Source: Carcharhinus longimanus (taxonomy: Eukaryota). From it: a stretch of 64,000 nt of DNA. Position 1 is the stretch's first letter. Each line of letters opens with the position of its first letter. The translations under genes and the position numbers were made by a program. Positions 1 to 13,339 of this stretch are shown piece by piece. Under the pieces are notes generated by a model. The model had not been told where the DNA came from, did no database searches, and saw only the letters and a list, made by a program, of their open reading frames with translations. Where the stretch lies: assembly GCA_030264375.1 (NCBI GenBank), contig JASCQW010000099.1:17239874-17303873 (forward strand), written 5' to 3'.

Positions 1-41
1 CAGAACTGAAAAAGTGAGAGCAAAACCCTGTAAGGGAGCAA

Positions 42-218
42 CAACAGGTTTATTTGGAATCATGAGCTTTTGGAGTGCTGCTCCTCCATCAGGTGTGTGG
101 AGGATGAAGGAGCAGTGCTCTGAAAGCTTGTGATACCAAATAAGTGTGTTTGGACTGTTAGCTGGTGTTGTGAGACCATCCCACCTGAGTCCAATGCTAG
201 CATTGCCAACTCATCACT
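42..218. mobile_element. Palindromic Penelope-like element end with degenerate hammerhead motifs
   Basis: Arms 50-90 and 103-143 are imperfect reverse complements. Each carries a decayed CTGATGA-aGGAGCagcGCTCC-GAAAGCT motif. Same family as 16061-16227. Confidence 0.65.
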
Positions 219-481
219 TAAAATATTCTTTGTAGAAAGTCACAGGAGGTAACAGTTCAGCTGGCTGTACAAACCTGGTCAGAGATGTAGGGCTTTCAGG
301 AATGTTTTAAAGATGGGAGGGGGGAATTTAGGGAGGGAATTTCAGGGTTTAGAAACCAAAAAAGCTAAAAGCACAGTCACTTAAGGTGATGAAAATAGGA
401 AATGATCAAGAGGCTGGAACTGGAAGAGTGCAGATGAGATTATGAAGTGCAAAGCTATGGAGAAATGCAAATAATCTGAGT

Positions 482-760
482 CCCTACAGAAAGAGGCCAT
501 TCAGCTCAGTCTGCACTGACTCTGACAGAGCACCTTACCCAGGCCCACCCCATGTATTTACCCTACTAATCCCATTAACCTATACATGTTGAGCCACTTG
601 GGTGATTTAGCATGATCAGTCTACATCTTTGGACTGTGTGAGGAAAACTGGAGCACCTGAAGCAAGTGCAGACACTGCAAACTCCAGTCATTCAAGGCTG
701 GAATTGAATCTGGATCCTTTGTGCTGTGAGGCACTAGTGCTAATCACTGTGCTGCCACCA
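482..760 (-). mobile_element. HE1-type tRNA-derived V-SINE
   Basis: Reverse complement begins ggcagcacagtgattagcactagtgcctcacagc (tRNA-like head), then the V core and a CR1-like 3' tail. Confidence 0.8.
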
Positions 761-839
761 CTGTGCTGTCACTGAAGGATTAGGATTTTAAAACTGAGTG
801 CTGGAGTCAATGGAGGGCTGCAAATGCAGGAGTGATGGA

Positions 840-1725
840 TTGGGTGAAACAAATTGGCCACAATACTGTAGAGGAAAAATTCCTGGAGGGTATATGGAAT
901 GATTTTGTTTGAACCAGTTTGAGGAACCAACTGTATAATATGCCATCCTAGACTGTGTATTGTGTAATGAAAAAGGAAAATTGGCAGCCTAATTGTGACA
1001 CTCTTGAGGATGAGTGACCAGGTTATAACAGAACTCTTCTTCAAGTTGGGAAGTAACATAGTTGATTCTGAGTCACGGGCCTGAATCCTAATGATGGTAT
1101 GAGATGCAAGTTGATTATAATGGGTTGGGAAATATTGTTTCAAGGGAATGTGGTGGATAGTCAATGGTAAACATTTTGGTGAGCACATGGATGAGCTCCA
1201 AAGATTGATTATTCTTGTCTGGTGCAAAAATAAAATGGGAAAGGTAACCAAACAATAGTTTACAAAAAAATTAGATATTAAATTTGAGGAAAATTGGTCA
1301 CAAACAACAAACCTGAGGATTGGGAGCAATTTAGAAATCAGCACGGGAGGACAAAGGGATTGATTTAAGGGGAAAGAATGTATGAGTAAATGTAGGAAAC
1401 ACAATTGGATTGTAAAAGCCTCTATNNNNNNNNNNNAGAAGAGACATTTGAAGACAAATGTAGGTCCATTAGTCAAACAGGGAATATGAAAAGGGGAACA
1501 GAAATGGCTGACAAACTACATATCCTTCCCTTCTGCCTTCACAAAGGGCACAAATAATGCACCAGAAATGTTGGGGTGCACAGAGTTTAGTGAGTGAAGA
1601 ACAGAAGGAAACCAGTATTAGTAGAGATGGTGTTGGGGAAAATTGATGGACTTGAAGGCCAGTAAATCCCCAGGACCTGATTATCTACATCCCAACGTAC
1701 TTAAGAAATTGGCTCTAGAAATAAT
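840..1725 (+). mobile_element. Decayed CR1 LINE ORF2 fragment (endonuclease to pre-RT region)
   Basis: Remnant motifs EEKFLE..EEPT, SDQ(H), and LKASKSPGPDYLHPNVLKKLA (ORF at 1643). Confidence 0.8.
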
Positions 1726-3672
1726 TTCCACAGTCAAGTTGTTGCTATGGGGGTGGATCCTGGTGGCTCCCAATAGGGAGGTGGGGGGAGCTCCCAAACC
1801 TAAATCTCTGCAGCTATATCAGACCATCCCCCACCCCAATCTCCTGATACCAGGCCCTAATATCTGTCAACCCTAATTATCTATCTTTAAGGATGGCCAA
1901 TCATTGTGATACCCTGTCCTTGTAGCTGTCAATGGCTAACTCTGATTGGGGTGGCAGCTCTTGGGGGCAGGCTTCCATCAGACAATGGCCATCGCCTTCA
2001 CATCCTTCCCAAGTTCCACTGCCATCTGAAGTGGGATCATTACTTACATCCTGCTCTAGTATTGGGACTTCCTTGTCACTGATACCATTCCAGCACTCCT
2101 GTGAGGGAAGAGGGCATAAAATATTAAAATTATTGGAAGCTTGTTAGTGTGGGTAAGTTAATTAAACTGGAGACAGTTGACTGGCAAGATATAGGACATC
2201 AAAGGTGAGAAGCAGGCATTGAACTATGCATAGTCAAGTTGAACTTTGTTAACCAATGAGCATTTGGTAGAAATTTGCATTGGGGATAAAAAGGCATTGT
2301 TTTAACAGAGGGAGCAATAGGGAGAAAGTAAATTATTTTTATATTCTGAGGCCAAATTCAAAGGAGGATAAGGACAATGGAATATGGATGTGAGGCCAGA
2401 ACTACTCAGAAAAGAGAGCCATGTGGGGAGTGGCCACGTAAAACTTTCTGAAATGCTGTTCTGTGCTGGGAAAAGTGATCTGAGGATGCAAAGTGAAATG
2501 GCCTTCAGCTGACCTAGAAATGTGCCTGTTTTGTCAGAAAGCAGGGTTTTTTGTTTCTTGAATTTTCAGTTGGGAAACTGACACTTTCCCTACTGTAACA
2601 CTGGGTTTGATTTGTAGCTTCTGACTTCAGTACGTGAATCTTCTCACAGTCAAAATACAAAAGTGAATAGTTATGATACACTTGCCAAGTTTCCCTTTGG
2701 TATTTGGTTTGTGTGACAACTACCTGCTGCTGGATTATGACACTCCCTTCAAAAAGAGTGGTTATAATATTCAATATGATTGAGCAAGTGACAACAGGAG
2801 TCACTCATGGGGCTGAGCTGGTTGTGGTAGTCACTGCATGATTTGTATCACTTCTCACTGGGGAGAAATTCCCTTTTGGCTGCTTTTGCTCATAGGGAAA
2901 ATAAGTGCTGGTGTTGACATTAGGGAGGGGATTCTTTGATTGTGCCACTGACATGTAAAACCCACATGATATCATAGTCAGTCCTCTAAAGAGGCAAGGA
3001 GCCTGCTAGTCTGCTGCTCTATTATGCAAACTGTTGTCATACACTGGCTATAGGAGACTTGCAAAATCTGTGAATAAATGGGCAAAACAAACATTTTGGC
3101 TCCATGAGAACACAGAAGGTCATTGCTAGTTCATCTCCTCTCCCACCCTGTAGCTTGACCTGCCTCTCCCACACCTGTGGAACTTGCTGTGAGGAGTTCA
3201 GTGTTGAAGCTGACTAAGATTCATTAGGCTTCAACCAACAAACTGCACCCAGTCTGTTTGTTGCTCATAACACAACTGCTTCTGTTCACATGTGATTTGA
3301 TGCTGATTTGGTTTGGGCCTGTTAATTTCCCAGATATGGGGGAGACATTGACATTGTAAGATGGTGCAGCTTGCTTTAATCTGTCCCAATTTTTAGTTGC
3401 ATTGGCTTCAATCTGTCACACTCCAGATTATAGAGGACATTGAGCAGGAATTTCCAGCCCTGCTTGGTGCAAAACCAGAAAATCCCACCTGATGTCAATG
3501 GACCTTTGCATGATTTCCCCCCCCACCACCTTGTCACAATTCCCATGGCAGGTGCTACAGGAGTATTCCCCCNNNNNNNNNNNNNNNNNNNNNNNNNNNN
3601 NNNNNNNNNNNNNNNNNNNNNNNNNNNNNNNNNNNNNNNNNNNNNNNNNNNNNNNNNNNNNNNNNNNNNNNN

Positions 3673-3800
3673 CGCCCTAGACACATCCTCATAGAACTCC
3701 AATAAATTCGTCAGACACGACTTCCCCTTAACGAAACCGTGCTGCGTCTCCTCTATCAAACAATTCTCCTCAAGATGCCTCGCTATTTTCTTTTCCATAT
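3673..3800 (-). mobile_element. CR1 RT fragment, young, adjoining a gap
   Basis: ORF translation QHGFVKGKSCLTNLLEFYEDV; CpGs retained. Confidence 0.9.
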
Positions 3801-4229
3801 TTCAGTTCCATATTCTAAATTAAAACATACGAACACATAAGAATGCCATGCATAAAATTATATAATACTATAAGTCAGATTTAAATAGTAGTTTCACAGA
3901 TTTAAAACAACTAACAAATCCTACATTTGTTTATACATATTAAGTAATACTCATCTCTGTCTTCACTTTAAAACTTATATTTTGAGGCTAGACCTCAATA
4001 GGTGTTCGCAATCTGGCCCTACGATCAGGGTACATGGCTGGAGTCCTCCTGCGCTGTGCTGGAGCGTGTACAGACTTTATGGCTGAAGGCCGAAGGCATC
4101 TGCTCCCATCAGTAACAGTAATTGGATTTCAGCTCAGGTAAGTACACAAAAAATTCACCTAAGCCCCTGGCTTTCCGCCGCCAGTCGAAAGTTATGGCCA
4201 TCATCTTTCCTTATATCCCCGCTAAGCTG

Positions 4230-4740
4230 TTGCCCACGACTGGTTTAATGACTCCCTTCTATCTCATTTCTGACTTCAACTAACTTTGAGGGACTCTATT
4301 ATTCATATTAATCTAATATCATTTATTTATGCCTAAAGCTATTCTTGAGACCTGTTAATAAGCTGTTCAGTTTATAGCTATTGACAGAAGTATATGTCAT
4401 TTGTGCTTAACTAAGGAAGGTAAGAATAGTATCAAATTAAAACAAAAAGTATGCAATACTGTGAAGATTAGTGGTAGGTCAGAAGATTGGGCAAATTTTA
4501 GAAATCAGCAAAGAATGGTGAAAAAATTAGAAGGGAGAAATTAGAGAAGGAGAAAAAGGTAGCTATAAATATGAAAACAAGTCTTAAGAATTTTTACACT
4601 ACAAAGGAAACATGTAACCAAAGTGAGCATTAGCCCCTCAGAGGGTTTGATTGGGGAATTAATAATAGAAAGCAAGGAAGTGGTAGAAGCATTGAACAGG
4701 CACTTTGCACCTGTTATCACTATAAAAGACACAAAAACAT
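4230..4740 (+). mobile_element. Decayed CR1 ORF2 fragment
   Basis: Similar to the 1200-1560 CR1 segment (EDW..FRNQQR, EALNRHFA.V). Confidence 0.65.
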
Positions 4741-5199
4741 TCAATTTTAATATTTTAGCCAGAATCTTCCCAAAATATGCACAATGTTGGTTTAGGTGAG
4801 AAAACCAGTGTGTAGCCAGCTTTTCTTGACATATTGGTCATTACTCAATTTCAGATGGGAAGTAAGATTCAAACAGCTGGAGGGACGAGGCCTAAGAAAG
4901 CCAGCAATGCTGGAAATCCCAAGATTGGGGCAGCTTTGCTTTAAATAAAAGGCGTCAACCTCTCACGGACAATGAAATACCCCACAGTATTTCATGGACT
5001 CAAAGTGCTCCCTTTGGAGAAGGGGAACCACCCCACACGCAGAAGAACAACTCCCATTAATACGGGAAACCCTACAATGGAGCACCCTATAGGGACCTCT
5101 GGCAGTGTTCCTGACCTGGAGGCTGTACTTACCTATGCACCCCAATGTGATCATCTCAACTAGTTTACATTGTTGAATTTGCAGATGTGCCAGAGGCCA

Positions 5200-5650
5200 G
5201 GACTGGATGAGCACAGAGATCTTCAAAGGTTGTAAAGCTTGAGGAGTTTACTAAGGGAGGGAGGAACAAGCCCTTGGAGGGCATTGAAACCAAGGATGAG
5301 AACTGTAAAATTGAGACAATGCAGGATCAGGAGCCATTATTTGATAGCCAGTTAGGATAAGTACAGTGGGGATTTGGATGAGACTGAATTTATGGAGGAT
5401 GGAAAATGCAAGGTTGGCAAGAATTTTTTTTAGAATAGTCGAATATATAGATAACAAACATTTGGGGAGGATTTCAGAAGCAGATGATCAGAAGCACAGC
5501 ACAGCTGGGCTACATTGTGGAATGATAATGACAACCTTGGAAAAGCTCATTACAGAGTAAAGTACTACACCAAGGCTGTATGTAGTCTGGTTCAGTATCA
5601 AGCTGTAGCCAGGGAGAAGTATGGAGTCAATGACTAGGAACAGAGTATTG
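5200..5650 (-). mobile_element. Decayed L2-type LINE fragment
   Basis: Resembles other L2-like remnants in the window (250-470, 41640-42420, 63200-63530). Confidence 0.45.
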
Positions 5651-5966
5651 TAATAACTTTGATTTATTTGAACTAAGATTTATGGAGTTCACTTATTTGC
5701 AGTAACTGCCCCTAGTTGTAAATCATACCAAATTCTAGAGACTTAACCACATTGCAAGAAAGAACATTTTAAATGGTGAATTCAGAAAGTTTATTAACCA
5801 ATAAAAAGGTGACAAGTTGGATAGATAAAAAGCAGTGATTAACAGTAAGAGGAGAAAGCTTAACTTTATAACAGTTGAACAGACTTCTCACTACTCTTCT
5901 CAGACCACAATGTGAAGTGACGGCTCTGAAAAAATGGATAACTTGTAAAGCTAAAACCTCATCAAC

Positions 5967-6074
5967 ACCTCTCTGTAAACATCTCTCTCTACCACCTCTC
6001 TGTAAACATTGCTCTCTACCACCTCTCTGTAAACATCTCTCTCTACTACCTCTCTGTAAGCATCTCACTCTACC
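5967..6074 (+). repeat. Tandem repeat, 4 x 27 bp (acctctctgtaaacatctctctctacc)
   Basis: Four consecutive near-identical units read directly. Confidence 0.95.
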
Positions 6075-6129
6075 AACATGGCTGGTCAAAACCCCTTTTT
6101 TATACCTTAAAATGTTGAAAGCCAATTTT

Positions 6130-6510
6130 GGTTGGTCTTTTGGGTCGAACCAAGTAAACAAACTTAAATTACGTTTGGACAAAGAAAAAGGGGGCAGCTC
6201 CCCAAAAGGAGGGGGAACGGCCCGAACAGAAACAAAAGGTACAAAGGAAACTTAAGACACGTCAAATCAAAATGTGATTATCGGGGTCTATAAGGCACCT
6301 CAGCCCCTGCGGTGCCCAACGGGCACGGAAGGCCTCGACAGTGCCCGCGGACACCGCGTGCTCCCTCTCCAGGGACACCCGGCCGCGAACGTAGCCGCGG
6401 TAGAGGGGCAGGCAGTCGGGACGGACGGCCCTGTCGGTCGCCTGCTGCCTTGACCTGTTGATGGCGCGTTTCGCCAGGCCCAGGAGCAGGTTCACGAGGT
6501 CGGCGTCAGT
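6130..6510 (-). mobile_element. 5'-truncated L1/Tx1-clade LINE 3' end (ORF2 C-terminus plus 3' UTR)
   Basis: ORF 6262-6495, NLLLGLAKRAINRSR...RVSLEREHA...FRARWAP, resembles Tx1-type ORF2 C-termini. GC- and CpG-rich relative to flanks. Confidence 0.75.
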
Positions 6511-6989
6511 CTCTGCTCAGCAACTGTTGCCATGTCATGAAGTCTGCCTTGGAGAATGCTTACCTGAAAATCAGAAGTCAAATGCTCATGACTATATTTG
6601 ACTGAAGAATTGTTTATCTCAGCTGTGGCCTGCTATGACTTCTGCCAAAAGATCACTATTTTGACATTTTAGGACTGATAGTCAAAAGAATTGGTTGGAA
6701 TTGATAAAGAAATAAAAGCAAATGCAAAGTGATTTGTGCCACTTTGCATTCAATGTAAAGTTTAATGCTCTGGATACTACCCAGCTCTCTAAGACATTAC
6801 CAGAACTAATTTATGATAACAATGACAGAATTGAGCTTGGATTTGGAATTGAGGCAGGATAAAGAAAGAAAACAGCTGACCAACAGTGTGTAGAGAAAAG
6901 AAGGAAGGGAGAATGTGATTGCTGATGCTTTATGATGACTTTGATGAAAGAAGAAATATTCTTGATATTAGAAGAGAAGCACTGGACTG

Positions 6990-8080
6990 GACTATACTAC
7001 TGTTACGTTTGCATGCTTTGATATAGCAAACTGTCGTATTGGGATACAGTGAAAAGTGTTTTGCTTGCATGCTATACAGACAAACACATTGTTCGTAGAG
7101 TATGTAGAGACAGAGGAAAGATGAGGGTGTAGACTGTATGTTATAGTCATAGCTAGGGTGAAGAGAAAGATTAGCTTAGTATATGGTAGGTCCATTCCAA
7201 AGTCTGGTGGTAGATGGGAAGAGGCTGTTCTTGAGTATTATTACATGTTCTCAGTCTTCTGTATCTTTTTCATGACAGAAGGTGGAAGAGAGTATGACCA
7301 GGGTGTGTGCGGTCCTTGATTATGCTGGCTGTTTTTCCAAAGCAGCGGGAAGTGTAGACAAAAGTTAATAGATGGGAAGCTGGTTTGCATGATAGCTTTG
7401 TTCACAACACTTTGTAATTTCTTGTGGCCTTGATCAGAGCAGGAGCCAAGCTGCGATATATCCAGAAAGCATGCTTTCTATGGTTCATCTGTAAAAATGG
7501 TGAGTCACAGCAGACATGCTGAATTTCCTTAGTCAATTGTGAGAGGCGTTGGTGGATTTTCTTTGGTGTGGAGGGATGAGGATTGATCTGAACAGCCAGA
7601 AATGTGAAGTTCTCAACCATTTCCACTTCATCTCTTGAAGTTGATGAATATCTCCTTTATTTTTCTAACTGAGGGAGACATTATTGCCATCGTGCCATTT
7701 CACCAGATTCTGTTTCCTGTACTCCATCTGGTCATGTTTGAGTTCCGACTCGCTATGGTGGCGTTATCAGTAAACTTGAAAATGGAGTTGGAGCAGAATT
7801 TGGCCTCACAGCCATAAGCAGATAGGAGTATAGTAAGATGCTGAGGACACAACATTGCAGGACACCTGTGTTGAAGAGGAGGTGTTGCCTATCCTTAAAG
7901 AATCCTTACAGATCCAGTATTGGAGAGAAGCTGGGCTCTAGGCCACCAGGTTTGGAGATGAATTTTGTTCGGATAATGGTGTTCAAGGCTGAGTTGTAGT
8001 CAACAAATAAGAGACTGACATAAGTGTCCTTGGTTGAGTGTAGGACGTGGGAGACTGAATATAATGTGTGCCGTGACTAA
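6990..8080 (-). mobile_element. Decayed Rex1/Babar-type LINE 3' half
   Basis: Minus strand near 7780-7875 gives a decayed NTG.PQGCVLS.LLYS..KF.D.. RT signature. The 3' end is shared with 18830-19410 and 36140-36465. Confidence 0.7.
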
Positions 8081-10045
8081 CCTCATTGTGCTGATTTGCC
8101 TGCACACCAGGCAGCTCACACAGAATATAGGTTAATGACTGATTTTAGCTAGGGATGTGTTTGTTTCAATCTGAATTATTGCATTTGTTTATTCTGGTTT
8201 TTCCCCTGGAGTTTCATAGTGGAATGTTGATTTAAGTTGATTGACAAAGTTGTGATATTAAGGGGAGGAGTTAAGCTTATAGGGAAATGCAAGCAATTAC
8301 TTATTCTCTCTCTATTGCTCTTTCTGGAGGCTGCTGTTTTGGGACCTGCTAGCTGAAATAGATCTCTTGTGGTCTCTTTCTCCAAGTGTTCTGGATGCCT
8401 CAGAATTGGCACCCCAAGTGTAAATAGGTAGTATGTGTGGTGCCAACCAATTGTGTGAACAGGAATTAAGTGTTTAAGAGGAGTATTGCTTGATTTGGAA
8501 CTAATAGAGAAAGCTTAGCAGTTAAGAATTGTACCTTGTCATTTTTAGGTATTTAAAAGGTAAGCTAATTCATGTTATATTTGAACTGTATTGTTAAATA
8601 AAGTTTGTATTGATAAAAGCTCTGTCAATATAAACACATTAAAGCCAAAATAAAATAGACTCAAAGACTGTTGGGGTCTAGTCACACTTTGTAGCAGACT
8701 TTGGGTTTCTGATCTGGTACATTACTGAAATATTGATAGTAATTATAAGATTAGTTTTATATGTTGCAAACTGTATAACTTGTGTCGAAGTTTGTTCATT
8801 TTCATCAAATTGGCTTCCTTTTAGTTTTGATACTAATTGAGTGACCTAGCCAATGTTATAAATTTAGTGTAGAATTACTTCACACACATGTCCTTGTTAT
8901 GGTGACATTAAACTATTTCTTTTATCGAAATAGGCTGAGGTAGAAATGGGGGCAGAAAGGAAATGAATCAGTGAGTTAAAGGAACCATTGCTCCTAACTA
9001 TTTATTTATATGGCTAAATTCACAGCCTTGATATTCTTATAATTCCCTCGTTCTGTTATTGCCCTAGTCCCTATCCTTATTTTTCTGCATACTCTACAGA
9101 TATCAAATCACAAAGTATCAAGCTGAAAGAATCCTTAGGAAATGGTGTGTGGTGAAATACAGTGGTTGCTGTGTACATGGATTTTGAATAAGCTACCACA
9201 CATGATCTGACCAGAGAAAATGAAACAGCATTAAATCAGCAGGAGGGAAGCAAACTGCTGAGGTGGAAAGAAGCAATGGAAGTTGAGAACAATTTCTCCA
9301 AGTGTCTGGAAGGTGGCAGTGGAGATCTAGAGGAGTTTTGCTCTGGACTACAGCAATGATCTGGATACAGGGCTAGAGAGCGACCAAAAAATTTGTACAC
9401 AAAATAAAAATAGTAAGTGCAATAATGAATTCTGAGGATCAAAGCAACATAGCTAAGATAAATGGGTCAATGAGTAACAATGGAGTTTAATATCAGTGTG
9501 AAATTTTACATTCCACTGAAAACATATTTTGAATGGGGGTAAAAGCTGGATAATATCAAAAAGCTGAAGGGTTTGGGGATGCTGGCTCCCAACATTAAAA
9601 ACAGCACCGCAAGTGAATGAAGAGCTGATGAGATACTGATTTTGATGACAGTTGGTATAGCATATTAATGTCAAGATGCAATGGTGAACCTAGAAAAAAA
9701 ATCTCTGCAAAACCACAGTGGAGAAATGTGGATTTTGATTTCCCAATATTGGAAGATTTTGCTGGAATCTCGAGTCTACAACAGATTCCCCATATTTCCT
9801 GGTATTGTAAGGTGTTCTCTTAAACAGTTTGCTGCGTTCATACATCTGGAAGAAAGAATTGGAGATAACAACTTAACTTAAAGTGAAGGTTTAACTTGCA
9901 GTAACTTAAAGTGCAGGTGAGTGTAGTCAGAACCCACATATGTACACAAGGGATAGTTAGCAGTATCTCTAGATGTGTAATGGGTGACTTCCCATGTTGA
10001 AATCCATGACAGACAAGTGTATTTTTAAAAATATTAGTGTCCTAA

Positions 10046-10853
10046 TGTTACTAATCCTCTGATTGTGAAGTTGAGTTTATAATGTACAGAATTCTAAGAG
10101 TAAAATACAACGGGAAAGAATGGGCCAGATTCCTTTTTAAAAGCTGGTTGTGTCAGTGCCTGAGAAGCTGCTTTGGGTTCAATGGTGAAATGTTTAAGTT
10201 GTAGAGAGCAGGCCTTTGCAAAATTGTATCAGTGATCCAACCTAACCAAAACAGGCTTTTGAATTAGACCAATGAGTTTAAAGCAAGCGCACAGCCACAG
10301 AAGCAATGGAATTCAAATGTAAAGGCTATTGACAGCCTCAAGCCATTCAGATTGCAGGTATACTGAGGTAATTCCAGGTATATAAACCCAGACAATGGCA
10401 GAGTATGCTGCTAACTCTTAAGTCAGAAGGAGGGTAGGTGAGTCTCTTGTATGAATTCTGTAGTTTCATGAATGTCTTTGTAAATGACCAACAGAATAGA
10501 CAGAAATACCAATGCAAGAAGTGTTCATTGAAGAAAGGTCATATTTTCAAAGATGCCTGTATGCATTTTACTTAAGCGACAAAATTCTGTAATGATTGAT
10601 TTCCCTATTCCTGAATGAATCTTGTATTCACACAAGAATATTGGAATTTTATTTAGTTTTTAAGTGTTTTCAACAGGTGGTAACCAGCTTAATAGTAACA
10701 TTCTGCTAATTGTTCATGCTACAGAGTAGCAAATCCTGTTTTAATTTGCCAAAACTAATCACTTCCTACAACCTCACACACTTGTACAAAATTATAAAGG
10801 TATATCCTCTGGTTCCAAAATCAAACAGACAAAGTCCCCTCTGCATTGTAACA
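10046..10853 (+). mobile_element. Candidate solo LTR
   Basis: TGTTAC...GTAACA termini and an internal TATATAAA near 10379. No clear target-site duplication. Confidence 0.35.
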
Positions 10854-11094
10854 GATTTTATTGCCTTTTCTCACTCCTGTTTTTGATTAATCAGGCCTTT
10901 ATCTCCTCTTCCCTTATCCCATCCTATGCTGTATCCCATGATCAGTTCCACAACTCCATTCAAACATCCTGTCTTTCAGCCCTCAAAGTTAATTTCAGAA
11001 TATTCATCTGTAAGTCTTTGCCTGTTTAATGTACTTCCTAATGGCTATCAAGTCCAACCCTTACACAGAATCAATAACTTCCACATTCCAGAAT

Positions 11095-11395
11095 TAGAAA
11101 GTAGGGGATTAAGGGTTATGGGGAGTGGGCAGGAATGTGGAACTGAGCCATGACAGATCAGCCATGATCTTATTGAATGGTGGGGCAGGCTCAAAGGGCT
11201 AGATGGCCNNNNNNNNNNNNNNNNNNNNNNNNNNNNNNNNNNNNNNNNNNNNNNNNNNNNNNNNNNNNNNNNNNNNNNNNNNNNNNNNNNNNNNNNNNNN
11301 NNNNNNNNCAGATCAGCCGTGATCTTATTGAATGGTGGGGCAGGCTCAAAGGGCTAGATGGCCTACTCCTGCTCCTATTTCTTATGTTCTTACGT
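11095..11395 (+). mobile_element. CR1 3' end, duplicated across a gap
   Basis: gatcagccatgatcttattgaatgg...ggcctactcctgctcctatttcttatgttctta tail. Confidence 0.85.
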
Positions 11396-11479
11396 TTTTC
11401 CTCTTGTAACTCATCAATCACTCATTCCACTAGAATCAAATCTGGATGCAGATCAGATCTGAGCTCTGCAGTCCTTCCA

Positions 11480-13130
11480 CATCCATTCATGAATGGTTAT
11501 TCCCATTTTCAATAATGGAGAAGCCCAGCACATCAGTGCAAAAGATAAGGCTGAAGTATTCACAGCAATCTTCAGCTAAAAGTGCCGAGTAAATGATCCA
11601 TCTCGGCTTCTTCCAGTAGTCCCCAGCATCTCAGATGCTGATTCATTCAACGTGATGTCAAATGGTTGCAGGTAATGAATACTCCAAAGGGATAGGGCCC
11701 TGATAACATTCTGGCAATAGTACTGAAGATATCGGCTCCAGAGCTTGCCACACCCCTAGCTAAGCTTTTCTGGTACAGTTGCAGCACTGACATCAACCCA
11801 ACAATGTGGAAAATTGCCCAAGTATGTCCTGTACACTAAAAGCAGGGCAATCTAACCCAGCCAATTACTGCCCAATATGTCTACTCGAATCATCAGTAAA
11901 GTGATGGAAGAGGTCATCGCCAGTGCTATCAAGCAGCATCTGCTCAGCAATAACCTGCTCAATGACATGCAGTTTGGGATTCACCAGGGTCACTTCATTA
12001 CAGCCTTGGTTCAAACACAGGAAAGAGATGAAGTGAGTGACAGCCCTTGACATCAGGGCTGCATTTGACTGTGTGGCATCAAAGAGCCCAAGCAAATTTG
12101 GTATCGGGGGCAAACACTTCGCTGGTTGGAATCATACCTGGTACATAAGATGGTTGTGGTTGTGAAGAGTCAGTCACCTCAGCTCCAGAACATCTCTGCA
12201 AGAGTTCCTCAGGGTAGTGTCCTTGGCCTAACAATCTTCAGCTGCTTCACCAATGACTGTCCCTCCATCATCATAAGTGGGGATGTTTGCTGATGATTGC
12301 ATTCACGACTCCACATACTGATGCAGTCCATGTTTAAATGTAACAAGATCTGGACAATGTCTGGGCTTGGGCTGACGAGTGGCAAGTAACATCTGTGCCA
12401 CACAAATGCCAGACAATCTCCATCAGCAACAGGAGACATTCTGACTACCACTCCGTGACATTCAATGGTGTTACCAAGACTGAATCCCCTGCTGTCAATA
12501 TCCTTGGGGTTACTATTGACCAGAAACTCACCACATAAACAGTGGTTATAAGAGCTGGTCAGAGGCTAGGAATATGTGGCGGCTAACTCGCCTCCTGACT
12601 GCCCAAAGTCTATCCACCATCTAAAAGGCACAAGTCAGGAGTGTGATAGAATACTCTCCTTGTCTGGATGGGTGCAGCTGCAACAACACTTGAAGTTTGA
12701 CGCCATCCAGGAAAAAGGAGCCTGCTTGAAAGGCACCACATCTACAAACATCCAATCCCTCCATCACTGCTCAGCAGCAGCAATGTATGCTATCTACAAG
12801 CTGTAATGCAGCAATTCAGCAAAGATCTTTAAACAGTACCTTCCAAACCCTTGACCACTTCCATCTAGAAGGACAAGGGCAGCAGATACATGAGAACAAC
12901 AACACCCCCTGCAAGCCAGTCACCATCCTGACATGGGAATATAGTACTGCTCTGTAGTCGCAAGGTCAAAATCCTGGAATTACCCACAAATGGCATTTTG
13001 GGTCTAACCCCACAGTCTAACCTGTGGCAATTCAAGAAGGTAGCTCGCAACCACCTTAAGAGCAACTAGGTATGGGCACTAAATGCTGGCTAGCCAGTGA
13101 TGCTCATGTCCCATGAATGAATTAAAAAAA
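11480..13130 (+). mobile_element. Decayed CR1/L2-group LINE 3' part (RT domain to tail)
   Basis: GPDNI, PANY.PI.L, VPQGSVLG, FADD remnants and a gaatgaat-A tail. Absent from the paralogous unit near 18630. Confidence 0.8.
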
Positions 13131-13339
13131 CACAACCTGAAAATGCTCATGTTTTTCACAATTCCCTACAGTTCATCCCTGCCCAGGGCTTTCCTTGCCT
13201 GTGAAAAACAGCCCATAACATTCAACAATTATATGTTACCTTGTAATGTTTTTATTTTTTGCCAAGCATGCTGGTAGATAAAAATAGGCCAGTTTTTAAG
13301 TTGGTCAAATTACAGCAAACTGTAGAACAGTGAAGTTTT

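Noticed and set aside
769-1476. 235-aa minus-strand ORF
   Set aside because: Antisense reading of a decayed CR1 ORF2.
5967-6074. CRISPR-like regular repeats
   Set aside because: The units are contiguous with no unique spacers, the context is vertebrate, and there are no cas genes.
5875-6255. ORF with PLCKHLSL peptide repeats
   Set aside because: It is the translation of the 27-bp tandem repeat plus the antisense Tx1 3' UTR, with no splice or domain support.
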